DNA from: Nitrospirota bacterium
GTDB lineage: Bacteria > Nitrospirota > Thermodesulfovibrionia > UBA6902
NCBI GenBank assembly: GCA_016213935.1
Contig: JACQZG010000009.1
Coordinates: 647-64,646, forward strand
Direction of reading: 5' to 3'
DNA: 64,000 nt
Part shown: positions 19,971 through 30,744 of the stretch, one piece after another
How positions within the stretch are numbered: the stretch's first letter is position 1
Layout: the number at the start of each line of letters is the position of its first letter
The notes under the pieces: generated by a model
What the model was told of the DNA's origin: nothing
Databases searched by the model: none
What the model saw: only the letters and a program-made list of their open reading frames with translations
Program-made: the position numbers and the translations under genes

Positions 19971-20984
19971 TTACTCTATCAACTTCTCCGCTATCTGCAC
20001 CGCGTTCAGTGCGGCGCCCTTTCGGAGGTTGTCGGCCACTATCCACATGTTGATGCCGTTTTCTACAGACTCATCCTCTCTTATTCTTCCCACATAGGTC
20101 TCATCTTTGCCCGCAACATATATCGGAAGAGGATAGATATTCTTTTGCGGCGCATCGTATACAACAATCCCTGCTTTTGAAGAGAGTATGGCGCGCACTT
20201 CATTGGCCGTAAGCTTCTTTTCCGTCTCTATATTGACTGATTCAGAATGGCATTTAAATACCGGGACCCTTACGGTTGTCGCAGTGACCTTTATCGACTG
20301 GTCGCCCATTATCTTGCGTGTTTCATTGACCATCTTCATCTCTTCTTTCGTATATCCGTTATCGAGGAAGCTGTCTATATGGGGCAGGCAGTTGAATGCT
20401 ATCTGATGCGGATAGACCTTTGGCGTTATCTCCCTGAAGTTAAGGAACGCCGTGCACTGTTCATGAAGTTCATTCATCGCCTTCATCCCTGTTCCGGACA
20501 CAGACTGAAAAGTTGTCACGACTATCCTTTTGATCTTTGCCGCGTCATGAATGGGTTTAAGCGGAAGGACCATCTGAATGGTCGAACAGTTGGGATTCGC
20601 TATAATGCCTTTATGCCACATGAGGTCATGGGAGTTTACTTCAGGCACGACGAGAGGGACAGACGGGTCCATTCTCCACGCGCTCGAGTTGTCGATGACG
20701 ACGCTGCCGGCTTTTGCCGCGGCAGGCGCAAAATCGAGGCTCCTCTGCCCGCCGGCGGAAAAGAGTGCTATATCAATTCCTTCAAAGACATCATCCTTAA
20801 GAACTTCCACACTAACTGGTTTGCCGTGAAAATTAATCGTGCTGCCTTTTGAGCGCTCGGAGGCAAAAAGCCTCAATTGTCCCACCGGAAAATTTCTCTC
20901 TTCAAGTATGGATACCATCTCGTTTCCGACCGCTCCGGTGGCTCCAACCACTGCTACGATGTATTTTTCTTTTTTCTTAAGCAT
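19971..20984 (-). CDS. asd: Aspartate-semialdehyde dehydrogenase
   Basis: GATGAVG, IANPNCSTIQ, DNLRKGAALNAVQIAE. Confidence 0.97.
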   Translation of the reverse strand: MLKKKEKYIVAVVGATGAVGNEMVSILEERNFPVGQLRLFASERSKGSTINFHGKPVSVEVLKDDVFEGIDIALFSAGGQRSLDFAPAAAKAGSVVIDNSSAWRMDPSVPLVVPEVNSHDLMWHKGIIANPNCSTIQMVLPLKPIHDAAKIKRIVVTTFQSVSGTGMKAMNELHEQCTAFLNFREITPKVYPHQIAFNCLPHIDSFLDNGYTKEEMKMVNETRKIMGDQSIKVTATTVRVPVFKCHSESVNIETEKKLTANEVRAILSSKAGIVVYDAPQKNIYPLPIYVAGKDETYVGRIREDESVENGINMWIVADNLRKGAALNAVQIAEKLIE

Positions 20985-21010
20985 GATTTGATATCCTTCA
21001 TTCTCCTGTT

Positions 21011-21081
21011 TGTCATTCCGAGGAAACGAGGAATCTTAAAATTTTTCCCTTTGCCTCCCTGCCGGCAGGGTCGAAATGACA
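21011..21081. repeat. REP-like intergenic palindromic element
   Basis: TGTCATTCCGA...TCGAAATGACA terminal inverted repeat (10/11) enclosing GAGGAATCT and the palindrome CCCTGCCGGCAGGG. Confidence 0.55.
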
Positions 21082-21098
21082 CAAATTGGATAAAATTT

Positions 21099-22163
21099 TT
21101 ATTTTAAATTCTTCACCACAAGGTCGCCGACTTCAGTGGTGCTGTATCCCATCTTGCCTGCCGCAAGGCTCTTTATGTTATTCGCGGTGACATTCATAAC
21201 GGCTTTCTCGATCGCCTTTCCGCTCTCTGTTTCACCCAGGCTCTCGAGCATAAGCCCTCCGGCGCATATTGCGGCAAGAGGGTTAATGATATTCTGCCCT
21301 TTATATTTCGGCGCAGAGCCTCCGATGGGCTCAAACATCGAGACGCCTTCAGGGTTGATATTTCCGCCTGCGGCAATGCCCATCCCACCCTGTATCATAG
21401 CGCCGAGGTCAGTGATTATGTCTCCGAACATATTATCAGTCACGATTACGTCAAACCATTCCGGGTTTTTGACGAACCACATAGTTATTGCATCGACATG
21501 AGCATAGGCGGTTTTAATGCCCGGGTACTCTTTCGCGACCTCGTAAAATGTTCTTTCCCAAAGGTCGAACGCGAATGTCAGGACATTTGTCTTTCCGCAG
21601 AGGGTCAGCTTATTTGCCTTATTCCTTTTTTTGCAATATTCAAATGCATAACGTATGCACCGCTCAACACCTTTACGCGTGTTTATCGAATCCTGTATCG
21701 CGACTTCGTCAGGCGTCCCTTTTTTCAGAACTCCACCGGCGCCGGCGTAAATGCCTTCGGTGTTCTCTCTTATTACAACAAAGTCAATGTCATCGGGACC
21801 TTTGTCTTTGAGCGGGCATTCGATACCGGGATAGAGTTTTACAGGCCTCAGATTTATGTATTGGTCAAGTTCAAAGCGGAGCCTGAGAAGTATGCCTTTC
21901 TCAAGTATTCCGGGCTTTACGTCGGGATGGCCTATGGCGCCAAGGTATATTGCGTCATGTTTTTTAAGTTCCGTGACAGCATTTTCCGGCAGGACTTCGC
22001 CTGTCTTGAGGTATCTGTCGCCTCCGAAATCATAATAAGTGAAATCAAGCCTGAAGCCTGATTTTTCTGATTCGGCTTTGAGAACCTTAACGCCCTCGGC
22101 TATCACCTCGGGGCCTGTCCCGTCGCCGGGAATCACAGCAATGTTGTAAGTTTTGGACATCAC
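21099..22163 (-). CDS. leuB: 3-isopropylmalate dehydrogenase
   Basis: IPGDGTGPEV, NLRPVK, RENTEG, NMFGDIITD; adjacent to asd. Confidence 0.88.
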   Translation of the reverse strand: MMSKTYNIAVIPGDGTGPEVIAEGVKVLKAESEKSGFRLDFTYYDFGGDRYLKTGEVLPENAVTELKKHDAIYLGAIGHPDVKPGILEKGILLRLRFELDQYINLRPVKLYPGIECPLKDKGPDDIDFVVIRENTEGIYAGAGGVLKKGTPDEVAIQDSINTRKGVERCIRYAFEYCKKRNKANKLTLCGKTNVLTFAFDLWERTFYEVAKEYPGIKTAYAHVDAITMWFVKNPEWFDVIVTDNMFGDIITDLGAMIQGGMGIAAGGNINPEGVSMFEPIGGSAPKYKGQNIINPLAAICAGGLMLESLGETESGKAIEKAVMNVTANNIKSLAAGKMGYSTTEVGDLVVKNLK

Positions 22164-22239
22164 ATACCTCTTTAATCAGTTATAAAATATAATTTCAAAA
22201 AGCTGACAGCTATAAGCTGATGGCTGATCGCTTGTTTCT

Positions 22240-22315
22240 TGGTGATCCCAACGGGACTCGAACCCGTGTTTCCGGCGTGAGAGGCCAGCGTCCTGGGCCA
22301 CTAGACGATGGGACC
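22240..22315 (-). tRNA. tRNA-Glu(CTC)
   Basis: Reverse complement GGTCCCATCGTCTAGTGG...CTGGC-CTCTCAC-GCCGG...GGTTCGAGTCCC...ACCA folds as a cloverleaf with encoded CCA. Confidence 0.95.
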
Positions 22316-22320
22316 AATAA

Positions 22321-22418
22321 AAACAGCGTTCAGCATTCAGCTATCAGCGAAGAAATCAAAATTTAGTTCTCTGAAATTTTTCAGCAGAAAGCTGATGGCT
22401 GACTGCTGATAGCTGTTT
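22321..22418. repeat. Inverted array of heptamer (NNTCAGC/GCTGANN) repeats between the two tRNAs
   Basis: AAACAGC-GTTCAGC-ATTCAGC-TATCAGC at 22321-22348 pairs imperfectly with GCTGATG-GCTGACT-GCTGATA-GCTGTTT at 22391-22418; further copies at 22201-22230. Confidence 0.6.
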
Positions 22419-22491
22419 GGCTGGGGAGAGAGGATTTGAACCCCTACAAGCAGATCCAGAGTCTGCCGTGCTACCGTTACACTACTCCCCA
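22418..22491 (-). tRNA. tRNA-Gln(CTG)
   Basis: Reverse complement TGGGGAGTAGTGTAACGGTAGCAC-GGCAGACTCTGGATCTGCT...GGTTCAAATCC...GCCA. Confidence 0.95.
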
Positions 22492-22585
22492 AAACCAGAT
22501 TATTTTATATTATGATTGTTATATAATACAAGCTGTTCCCGGCAATTAAAATTTAAACTGAATAAGATTTTAAAGGACGGTAAAC

Positions 22586-23518
22586 ATGAAAAGAATCCTT
22601 GTTACGGGCGGTGCAGGTTTTTTAGGCTCACACCTTTGTAAAAGGCTGCTTAAGGAAGGGCACGAGGTTCTCTGCGTTGACAATTTTTACACGGGGCGCA
22701 GGCACAATATATCCGGCCTTGTCTCAAATCCCAATTTTGAAATACTGAGGCATGACATATGTTTTCCGCTTTATGTCGAGGTGGATGAAATCTATAACCT
22801 TGCATGCCCGGCTTCTCCAATCCATTATCAGTTTGATCCCGTTCAGACAACAAAGACCTCTGTACACGGAGCCATAAATGTCCTCGGCCTTGCCAAAAGA
22901 ATAAAGGCAAAAGTTCTTCAGGCCTCGACATCCGAAGTATACGGTGACCCCGCGGTTCATCCTCAGAAAGAGAGTTACTGGGGGAATGTAAACCCGATAG
23001 GGATACGTTCATGCTATGACGAAGGCAAACGCTGTGCCGAGACACTCTTTTTTGATTATCACAGGCAGCATTCTCTCAGGATAAAGGTCGCAAGGATATT
23101 CAATACCTACGGCCCGAATATGCACCCTCAGGACGGGAGGGTTGTGAGCAATTTCATAATGCAGGCATTAAAGGGCGAGAATATTACCGTTTACGGAAAA
23201 GGCATGCAGACGAGAAGTTTCTGTTATGTTGATGATCTTATAGACGGCATGGTCAAACTAATGGAGTCGTCTGACAGGTTTACCGGCCCGGTGAATCTCG
23301 GCAACCCTGACGAGTTCAGCATATTGGAACTCGCGAATGTTGTGATAGAACTTACGGGTTCAAAATCAAAGATAGTCTTCAGGCAGCTTCCAAAGGACGA
23401 TCCCGTGCAGAGACAGCCTGATATCTCTCTTGCGTGGAAAGAGCTGAAGTGGAAGCCTCAGGTAAAGCTTAGGGAAGGTTTAAAGAAGACGATACAATAT
23501 TTCAGCAAACTCGCGTGA
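22586..23518 (+). CDS. UDP-glucuronate decarboxylase (UDP-xylose synthase family SDR)
   Basis: [37 protein letters not shown]. Confidence 0.9.
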   Translation: MKRILVTGGAGFLGSHLCKRLLKEGHEVLCVDNFYTGRRHNISGLVSNPNFEILRHDICFPLYVEVDEIYNLACPASPIHYQFDPVQTTKTSVHGAINVLGLAKRIKAKVLQASTSEVYGDPAVHPQKESYWGNVNPIGIRSCYDEGKRCAETLFFDYHRQHSLRIKVARIFNTYGPNMHPQDGRVVSNFIMQALKGENITVYGKGMQTRSFCYVDDLIDGMVKLMESSDRFTGPVNLGNPDEFSILELANVVIELTGSKSKIVFRQLPKDDPVQRQPDISLAWKELKWKPQVKLREGLKKTIQYFSKLA

Positions 23519-23543
23519 GATTTTACAGTGAGTGAAACCGGAA

Positions 23544-24194
23544 TCATGCCGGAGGATTAATAAGAATCCCGTTCTCCCTGCCGGACTTTATACACACTTT
23601 CCCGCCTGTTAGGGTTATCTTTCCTTCGGCATAAAGCTTGATCGCGAGCGGGAATATCCTGTGTTCCTGCTTAAGAATTCTTTCTGACAACGTATCTTCG
23701 GTGTCATCTTCGTATACCGGAACCGCGGCCTGCATGATTATAGGCCCGGTATCAACGCCTTCGTCAACGAAATGCACGGTGCATCCGGATATCTTTACTC
23801 CGTAATCAACAGCCTGTTTCTGCCCGTGCAGGCCGGGGAAGGAGGGGAGGAGGGCAGGGTGTATGTTCATTATCTTATTATTGTATCTCTCAATTAAGGG
23901 TTTGCCGACCACCCTCATAAAACCCGCGAGCACGACAAGCTCCACGCCCCTCTTTTGAAGTTCGTCAGCGATATGCGCGTAGAATAAATCTTTATTAGAG
24001 AAGTTCTTAAGATTAATTACAAGCGATTCGATCTTATGTTTCTTCGCCCTCTCGATCGCAAAAGCATCAGCCTTGTCGCTTATCAGGACAGCTATCTCGG
24101 CAGGTATAAATCCTGATTCGATATTATCTATTATGGACTGGAAATTGGAGCCTCTTCCCGAGGCAAGAACGCCTATTTTAAGCATCTCAGACAT
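23544..24194 (-). CDS. purN: Phosphoribosylglycinamide formyltransferase
   Basis: SGRGSN, LAGFMR, NIHPALLP, GCTVHFVDEGVDTGPII. Confidence 0.96.
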   Translation of the reverse strand: MSEMLKIGVLASGRGSNFQSIIDNIESGFIPAEIAVLISDKADAFAIERAKKHKIESLVINLKNFSNKDLFYAHIADELQKRGVELVVLAGFMRVVGKPLIERYNNKIMNIHPALLPSFPGLHGQKQAVDYGVKISGCTVHFVDEGVDTGPIIMQAAVPVYEDDTEDTLSERILKQEHRIFPLAIKLYAEGKITLTGGKVCIKSGRENGILINPPA

Positions 24195-25221
24195 ATTTGA
24201 CACCGCCGCGCCCTTTTTCAATCTGCCCGATTACAAATGCCTTTTCTCCAAGTGAATTAAGTCTCTTGATAATTTTCGCCGTATCATCTTTATTGACGAC
24301 GAGCATGAACCCGATTCCCATATTAAATGTCCTGTACATCTCGTCTTCCGATACATTGCCTTCATTCTGCATAATGCTGAATATTTTATGGACAGGCCAA
24401 CTTCCTCTTTCTATTACGGCTTTCAGATTCTTCTTTTCGGGCAATATGCGGGGAAGATTTTCGGTGATGCCGCCGCCTGTGATATGCGCCATTCCCTTAA
24501 CCTTGAATTTGCTTATGATCTCCAAGATGCTTTTGACGTAAATCCGTGTCGGCTTGAGAAGCTCGTCTCCGACAGAGCAGCCGAGTTCTTTTATCTTCTT
24601 TCGGGCATTATATTTTTTTATCTCAAAGAAGAGCTTTCTTGCGAGAGAATATCCGTTGCTGTGAAGCCCGCTGGATGAAAGTCCTATGATAATATCACCT
24701 TCTTTGATCTTTGAACCGTCAATAATCTCTTTTCTCTCCGCGATGCCGACTGCGAAACCGGCAAGGTCATATTCCCCCGCGCTATAAAACCCGGGCATCT
24801 CAGCCGTTTCGCCGCCTATAAGTGAACAGCCCGCTGTCTTGCATCCGTCCGCAATTCCTCTTATTACATCTGCCGCGACTTTTGTCGAGAGCTTTCCTGA
24901 GGCAAAGTAATCAAGGAAGAAAAGAGGCCTTGCACCGCTTGTAAGCAGGTCATTTACCGACATTGCGACGAGGTCTATGCCCACGGTATCGTGCCTGTTG
25001 AGCATAAAGGCTATCTTGAGTTTTGTGCCGACGCCGTCAGTGCCGCTTACGAGCACAGGGTCTTTGTATCTTAATTGTTTTAATCCGAAGAAGGCGCCGA
25101 ACGAGCCGATGTCATTAAGAACTCCAGGTATAAATGTGGAATGCGCCAGAGGCTTGATTATGTCAACTAATTTGTCTCCTTCTGCTATGTCCACTCCGGA
25201 TTTTTTATAAGTTAGTGCCAT
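24187..25221 (-). CDS. purM: Phosphoribosylformylglycinamidine cyclo-ligase
   Basis: TDGVGTK, GGETAEMPG, SSGLHSNGYS, HITGGG, TFNMGIG. Confidence 0.97.
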   Translation of the reverse strand: MALTYKKSGVDIAEGDKLVDIIKPLAHSTFIPGVLNDIGSFGAFFGLKQLRYKDPVLVSGTDGVGTKLKIAFMLNRHDTVGIDLVAMSVNDLLTSGARPLFFLDYFASGKLSTKVAADVIRGIADGCKTAGCSLIGGETAEMPGFYSAGEYDLAGFAVGIAERKEIIDGSKIKEGDIIIGLSSSGLHSNGYSLARKLFFEIKKYNARKKIKELGCSVGDELLKPTRIYVKSILEIISKFKVKGMAHITGGGITENLPRILPEKKNLKAVIERGSWPVHKIFSIMQNEGNVSEDEMYRTFNMGIGFMLVVNKDDTAKIIKRLNSLGEKAFVIGQIEKGRGGVKYV

Positions 25222-25327
25222 GTGCCTCCTTAAACCTGCTTTATTCTGACAAGCATCTGAAAAAATAGGGCTTATGAATTTTAAGTAATGGCAAATCGAA
25301 TATCAAGGTTGAATCAGCCAGATTATA

Positions 25328-26035
25328 TCAGGACTTCTTAATTTTTTTCAGCCCTTCTTTAGCCGCCATCTGTTCAGCCGCCTTTTTTGTCTTGCCGCTG
25401 CCTTTTCCGAGCATATCATTGTTGACCTTGACAGAGGCCTCAAATAATTTCTCGTGCTCCGGCCCTTTTTCGCTGTTTATCAGGTATTCGGGCAGGCATC
25501 CGAACTTTGCCTGAGTGATCTCCTGAAGAAGTGTTTTGAAGTCCACTAAAAGGTCGTCTTCGGTGATTTCAAGGAGATTATGGCTAAGAGAGCGCAGGAT
25601 GAAGTCTCTTGCCTTCTTCATCCCGCTGTCGATATATATTGCCGCGATAACCGCTTCGAAAGCATTGGCAAGAAGCGACGGTTTATTCCGCCCTCCGGAT
25701 ATTTCTTCGCCTTTTCCCATGAACAGGTATGACCCGATATCAAGCCGCTCAGCCGCCTCAGCAAGCGTGGCTTCCTTCACGAGGTAGGATTTGAGCTTTG
25801 AAAGTTTTGACTCGGGATATTTTCTGAAGTTCTCGAAGAGGTATTCGCTTATGACAAGGCCGAGAACAGAATCTCCGAGAAATTCAAGGCGCTCATTGTG
25901 AATCTGCCGGCTCTCCTTATTCTCGTGTGAATAAGACTTGTGGGTAAGGGCTTCTGTTGCGAGGGATCTTTTTTTGAAAGAATGCCCTATCGCCAGCTCA
26001 AAATCAGCTATATCTTTTGAAGACGATGGTGGCAT
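25328..26035 (-). CDS. rnc: Ribonuclease III
   Basis: [19 protein letters not shown]-terminal dsRBD ([14 protein letters not shown]). Confidence 0.96.
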   Translation of the reverse strand: MPPSSSKDIADFELAIGHSFKKRSLATEALTHKSYSHENKESRQIHNERLEFLGDSVLGLVISEYLFENFRKYPESKLSKLKSYLVKEATLAEAAERLDIGSYLFMGKGEEISGGRNKPSLLANAFEAVIAAIYIDSGMKKARDFILRSLSHNLLEITEDDLLVDFKTLLQEITQAKFGCLPEYLINSEKGPEHEKLFEASVKVNNDMLGKGSGKTKKAAEQMAAKEGLKKIKKS

Positions 26036-27245
26036 TTGTCCCTCCGAATCCGAAGGAATTAGAGATGGCGCTTCTTATTTCAAGCTTTCTCGACACATTG
26101 GGAACATAATCGAGGTCACATTCAGGGTCACGGTTGTCAAGGTTAATGGTCGGAGGAACGATATTGTTATGAATGCTGAGAACGCTTATTATGCCTTCAA
26201 TCCCGCCTGCCGCCCCGAGGAGATGGCCTGTCATGGACTTTGTTGAACTGACGCATAATTTGTAAGCATGTTCTTTAAAGACTTTTTTGATTGCCGCGGT
26301 TTCAAGTTCATCGCCGTATTTCGTCGATGTCCCGTGAGCATTTATATAATCAATTTCCTCAATCATCAACCCTGAGTCTTTGATTGCCGCCTCCATGCAC
26401 CTGGCGGCGCCTTCGCCTTCGGGAGCAGGGCTTGAAATATGGTAGGCGTCAGAGGTCATGCCGTAACCGATGATCTCAGCGTATATTTTTGCCCCGCGCC
26501 TTAACGCGTGCCCGAGTTCTTCAAGTATCATTATTCCCGCGCCTTCGCCCATGACAAAACCGTCCCTGTCAATGTCAAAAGGCCTGCTTGCTTTTTCAGG
26601 CTCGCCGTTTCTTGTCGACAGCGCTTTCATCGCGGAGAAACCTGCTATGGCGAGAGGCGTTATGACAGCTTCGGTTCCTCCCGCTATCATTACATCAGCA
26701 ATATCATTTTGTATAAGCCTGAACGCATCTCCTATGGAATGAGTGCCGCTTGCGCAGGCTGTAACAACCGCGGAGTTTGGGCCCTTTGCCCCGAACCTGA
26801 TGGATATTTGGCCTGAAGCGAGATTGATTATAGTCATCGGAATGAAGAAGGGGGTGACCTTTTTCGGGCCTTTCTCTGTCAGGACTTTTGCGTAGCGTTC
26901 GATTGCAGGGAGGCCTCCCATTCCTGCGCCAACTATGACGCCGGTTCTTTCAGCAATGTCGGGGGAAATCTTCAGGCCTGAATCTTCCATGGCCATCGTC
27001 GCGGCGGCGAGGCCAAGATGGATGAAGCGGTCCATTTTCTTCTGTTCTTTGATTTCGATATGGTTGTCTATATTGAAATCCTTCACTTCAGCGGCAATCT
27101 GGCAAGGGAATTCAGCGGGATCGAAATGAGTAATTCTTGAGACTCCTGATTTGCCGTTGATGAGTCCATCCCAGGATATCGCGGTTCCTGTCCCGAGGGG
27201 GGTTACCATACCCACCCCTGTTATAACAACCCTCCTTGGCGTCAT
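26004..27245 (-). CDS. fabF: Beta-ketoacyl-ACP synthase II
   Basis: [36 protein letters not shown]. Confidence 0.97.
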   Translation of the reverse strand: MTPRRVVITGVGMVTPLGTGTAISWDGLINGKSGVSRITHFDPAEFPCQIAAEVKDFNIDNHIEIKEQKKMDRFIHLGLAAATMAMEDSGLKISPDIAERTGVIVGAGMGGLPAIERYAKVLTEKGPKKVTPFFIPMTIINLASGQISIRFGAKGPNSAVVTACASGTHSIGDAFRLIQNDIADVMIAGGTEAVITPLAIAGFSAMKALSTRNGEPEKASRPFDIDRDGFVMGEGAGIMILEELGHALRRGAKIYAEIIGYGMTSDAYHISSPAPEGEGAARCMEAAIKDSGLMIEEIDYINAHGTSTKYGDELETAAIKKVFKEHAYKLCVSSTKSMTGHLLGAAGGIEGIISVLSIHNNIVPPTINLDNRDPECDLDYVPNVSRKLEIRSAISNSFGFGGTNATIVFKRYS

Positions 27246-27258
27246 ATCAGGAGGCCGG

Positions 27259-27492
27259 CTATGCTGACTTATCGCCGATATATTTTACCGCGTCTTTGAC
27301 CTTTATGATCTTCTCGGCATCCTCGTCCGGGATCTCGATGTTAAACGCTTCTTCGAGCGCCATTACAAGCTCAACGGTATCAAGCGAGTCAGCGCCCAGG
27401 TCATCGATAAATGATGATTCGGCAGTCACCTTGTCCGCGTCAACGCCAAGCTGTTTTGAAATAATTTCCTTAACCTTTTCTTCAATCGACAT
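27259..27492 (-). CDS. acpP: Acyl carrier protein
   Basis: [14 protein letters not shown]. Confidence 0.97.
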   Translation of the reverse strand: MSIEEKVKEIISKQLGVDADKVTAESSFIDDLGADSLDTVELVMALEEAFNIEIPDEDAEKIIKVKDAVKYIGDKSA

Positions 27493-27586
27493 TGTCCGAC
27501 CTCCGTTTTGATAATGTTAATGGAATTTAGATATTTTTTAAGAAGTAATTATACATTTTTGAAATGATTTTTTCATTTAAACCGCA

Positions 27587-28327
27587 TTACATGTACATTC
27601 CGCCGTTGACATGTATAGCCTGGCCGGTTATATAGTCCGAATCTTTTGAAGCCAGGAAGACACAGGCATTAGCCACGTCTTCAGGGAGGCCGAACTCTCT
27701 AAGGGGAATGGCGTTTTTCATTTCTTCTTTAACCTTTTCCGGAAGGGCGTCTGTCATGGCGGTCTGGATGAAACCCGGCGCAACGGCGTTTATTCTTATG
27801 CCGCGCGCGGCGTATTCTTTAGCGAGCGTCTTTGTCATGCCTATAACGCCTGCTTTTGAAGCGCTGTAATTGACCTGTCCCGGATTTCCGCTGAAGGCCA
27901 CGACCGAAGAAATATTTATGATCTTGCCCGACCTCTGTTTCGACATTATCTTTATTGACTCCCTGCTGCATAGAAAAGTGCCTTTAAGGTTAATATCCAA
28001 TACCAAATCCCAGTCATCTTCCTTCATTCTTATGGCTAGTGAGTCCCTTGTTATGCCGGCGTTGTTGACGAGGATATCAAGCCTTTCGAATTCTTTTGTG
28101 AAAGACCCAAAAGCAGACGCTACGCTCTCCTGATTTGAAACATCGATTTTCAGAGCTATACATTTAACGCCGTATTTCAGGATTTCTTCAACGAGTTCTC
28201 CGGCCTTGTCGATATTGATGTCAGCGATGCAGATACCGGCGCCCTCTCTCGCCATTGCAAGCGCGACAGATCTGCCGATACCCTGGGCTGCTCCGGTTAT
28301 AAGCGCGTTTAAACTCTTGAGTCTCAT
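27587..28327 (-). CDS. fabG: 3-oxoacyl-ACP reductase
   Basis: TGAAQGIG, NNAGITRD, YSASKAG; upstream of acpP. Confidence 0.95.
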   Translation of the reverse strand: MRLKSLNALITGAAQGIGRSVALAMAREGAGICIADINIDKAGELVEEILKYGVKCIALKIDVSNQESVASAFGSFTKEFERLDILVNNAGITRDSLAIRMKEDDWDLVLDINLKGTFLCSRESIKIMSKQRSGKIINISSVVAFSGNPGQVNYSASKAGVIGMTKTLAKEYAARGIRINAVAPGFIQTAMTDALPEKVKEEMKNAIPLREFGLPEDVANACVFLASKDSDYITGQAIHVNGGMYM

Positions 28328-28469
28328 CTTGCCTCCATATTTAATGCTTAAAGTTTACATATTATATAAGTTCATTTTTAAATAGGCAACCGTTGGTTTA
28401 ACTTTATTTATGTGACGCCCGGCGCGAATATCTTATTGTAAAATAAGAATGTTTTTGTATAATTAAGTT

Positions 28470-29117
28470 ATGGGTGGGAAGCCTGTAATTAAAAGACTGC
28501 TGATGCTTACTGTCCTTTTTGCGTTGCTGTCTGCAGTATCTTTCGCTGAAAGCCCTGCCGCAAAGAAGTATCTTGAAATGGGTCTTGAGCTTACGGAAAG
28601 GATGGAATATTCCGGAGCGATCAATGCTTTTCAGCAGGCAATCAAACTCGACCCAGGCTATTCCGAAGCGTATTTCAGGTTAGGTAATGCGTATTATCAG
28701 ATTCACAGATATGCAGAGGCGGCAGACGCTTACAAAATGGCCGTGCGCCTGAACCAGAAACATGAAAAGGCATGCATTGCCCTCGGCGTAATTTCTTCCA
28801 TGCTTGGCAGATATGACGATGCTGTAAGCGCGTTCCAGACCGCCTTAAAGGCAAATCCCAACAACTCTGAGGCGCATTATAATTTGGGAATAATATACGT
28901 TGAAACCGGCAGGAAGGAAGCCGCGGTCGAGGCATATAAGAGCGCTGTGAAGATCCGCCCCGATTACGCAAAGGCGAGATATAATCTTGGGGTGCTGTGT
29001 GTTGAATTGGGAGATAAATTCCTTAAGCTTGCCATCGAACAAAAAACCGCCCTTGAAAAACTTGACAAAGGCCTTGCCGACAGCCTGGGCGATTTGATCA
29101 GCAGTTCCGGATATTAG
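28470..29117 (+). CDS. Secreted tetratricopeptide repeat protein
   Basis: Signal peptide and about 5 TPR repeats (AYFRLG, AHYNLG, ARYNLG). Confidence 0.85.
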   Translation: MGGKPVIKRLLMLTVLFALLSAVSFAESPAAKKYLEMGLELTERMEYSGAINAFQQAIKLDPGYSEAYFRLGNAYYQIHRYAEAADAYKMAVRLNQKHEKACIALGVISSMLGRYDDAVSAFQTALKANPNNSEAHYNLGIIYVETGRKEAAVEAYKSAVKIRPDYAKARYNLGVLCVELGDKFLKLAIEQKTALEKLDKGLADSLGDLISSSGY

Positions 29118-29229
29118 GCTTTTCATCGGCAGGAGCCCTTGGCAGTCCGCAGGCACCGCTAATTCTGTATATAAACCATGTCAACCCGTCAACTACAAAA
29201 AATAATTATATAATTGTATTATAAGTTCA

Positions 29230-30741
29230 ATGTATAACTTTAACAGCCTCAAGTTCAAAATTTCCTTCGTTACTTTTCTCCTTATCTCCATAATAATGTC
29301 GGCAACCACATACAGGGATATCAAGTTGACAGAGCAAAAACTCATCAAAACGCAGCAGGAGAAGACTGTCCTCCTGTCTGACAGGATAGCTCACGGGATA
29401 ATGGTACTGATGCTGAAGAACAGGTGGCAGGAACTTCAGGCCATGATGCAGAATCTTGTAAAGGACAGCAATGAACTTAAGGAGATACGAATATTCCTTC
29501 CCACTGACGGGACAATAGTTGTATCCTCTGAAGAAAAAGAAATCGGGACAAAGATATACGCTGAGGATTTAATAAATTACAATAAAGGGAATTATGAGGA
29601 AGCTTTTTTGATAAATAAAGATGATTCCATTTATGCTTCAAAACTGACGCTTTTAAAAAACGCTCCTGCGTGTTTCAGGTGCCACGGGACAGAAAAGGAT
29701 GTGCTCGGAGTTATGGATGTCGAGCTCTCGCTTTTGAATGTGCATAACGCAATCGATGATTTCACCAAAGAGCATATCACGGATGCGTTTATCGGTTTTA
29801 TCATGTTAATGGGCACATTCCTCTTCTTGGTCGCGATCATGATTGACAGGCCTGTTAACAGGATGGTCAACACCATCAGAAGATTGGAGAAGGGGGATTT
29901 CTCAGCCAGAATGAACATCAGGTCTAAAGACGAGTTCGGGCTTCTCGCGGCCAGCTTTGACAATATGGTCGAGGCGCTTGAATCCGCAAAAAAAGAGCTT
30001 GAGCTTACCCATGAGATCAAGATGGAGAGGGCGGCAAAACTCGCAACTATCGGGGAGGTTGTTGCGGGCATTGCTCATGAGATAAAGAATCCTCTTACCG
30101 GAATAAGCTGCGCGGTGCAGCTTCTGCAGGTGGACATGAGCGAAGATGACAAGAACAGGGATGTCACTGAAAAGATACTGAGCCAGGTAAAGAGGCTTGA
30201 CAGGACAGTGAAAGACCTCCTTAGTTACGCCAAACCGAAGGCGGCAAAGTTTTTGCCTGCCAATATAGGCGAAGTTATTGACAGGGCAGTATTCCTTGTA
30301 TATCCGGAGGCAAAAAAACTTAACGTGAAAATCAATGCAACCGTTGCGCAAGACCTTCCTGATATCGTTATGGATACTGACCAGATGCAGCAGGTTGCGC
30401 TTAATTTGATGATAAACGCTCTGCAGGCTATGCCGGAGGGGGGCATACTGAATGTCAGCGTCTATCAGAAAAAATACAATGAAGTTCGCGATGAGTTGAA
30501 GTCCCCATTAAACTGTGAGAATGTTCTTGTTATGTCTTTTGAAGACACCGGCAAAGGGATCTCACAGGAGGACATGGAATATATTTTTGAGCCCTTTTTT
30601 ACCAGGAAATCAAAAGGGTCGGGGCTCGGGTTGTCCATAACGCAGAAGATCGTCCGTGAGCATGGCGGGGTGATTACATGCAGAAGCGCTCTTGGCAAAG
30701 GTTCTTTTTTTACGATATACTTGCCGATAACAAAGAAATAG
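29230..30741 (+). CDS. Sensor histidine kinase with periplasmic heme-c motif and HAMP domain
   Basis: Two TMs flanking CFRCH (29671-29685), HAMP, AHEIKNPL H-box, NLMINALQAM, DTGKGI, GSGLGL. Confidence 0.92.
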   Translation: MYNFNSLKFKISFVTFLLISIIMSATTYRDIKLTEQKLIKTQQEKTVLLSDRIAHGIMVLMLKNRWQELQAMMQNLVKDSNELKEIRIFLPTDGTIVVSSEEKEIGTKIYAEDLINYNKGNYEEAFLINKDDSIYASKLTLLKNAPACFRCHGTEKDVLGVMDVELSLLNVHNAIDDFTKEHITDAFIGFIMLMGTFLFLVAIMIDRPVNRMVNTIRRLEKGDFSARMNIRSKDEFGLLAASFDNMVEALESAKKELELTHEIKMERAAKLATIGEVVAGIAHEIKNPLTGISCAVQLLQVDMSEDDKNRDVTEKILSQVKRLDRTVKDLLSYAKPKAAKFLPANIGEVIDRAVFLVYPEAKKLNVKINATVAQDLPDIVMDTDQMQQVALNLMINALQAMPEGGILNVSVYQKKYNEVRDELKSPLNCENVLVMSFEDTGKGISQEDMEYIFEPFFTRKSKGSGLGLSITQKIVREHGGVITCRSALGKGSFFTIYLPITKK

Positions 30742-30744
30742 GGG

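Noticed and set aside
22240..22491. tRNAs as an integration site for the island
   Set aside because: No integrase and no duplicated tRNA 3' end seen; core genes lie between the tRNAs and the island
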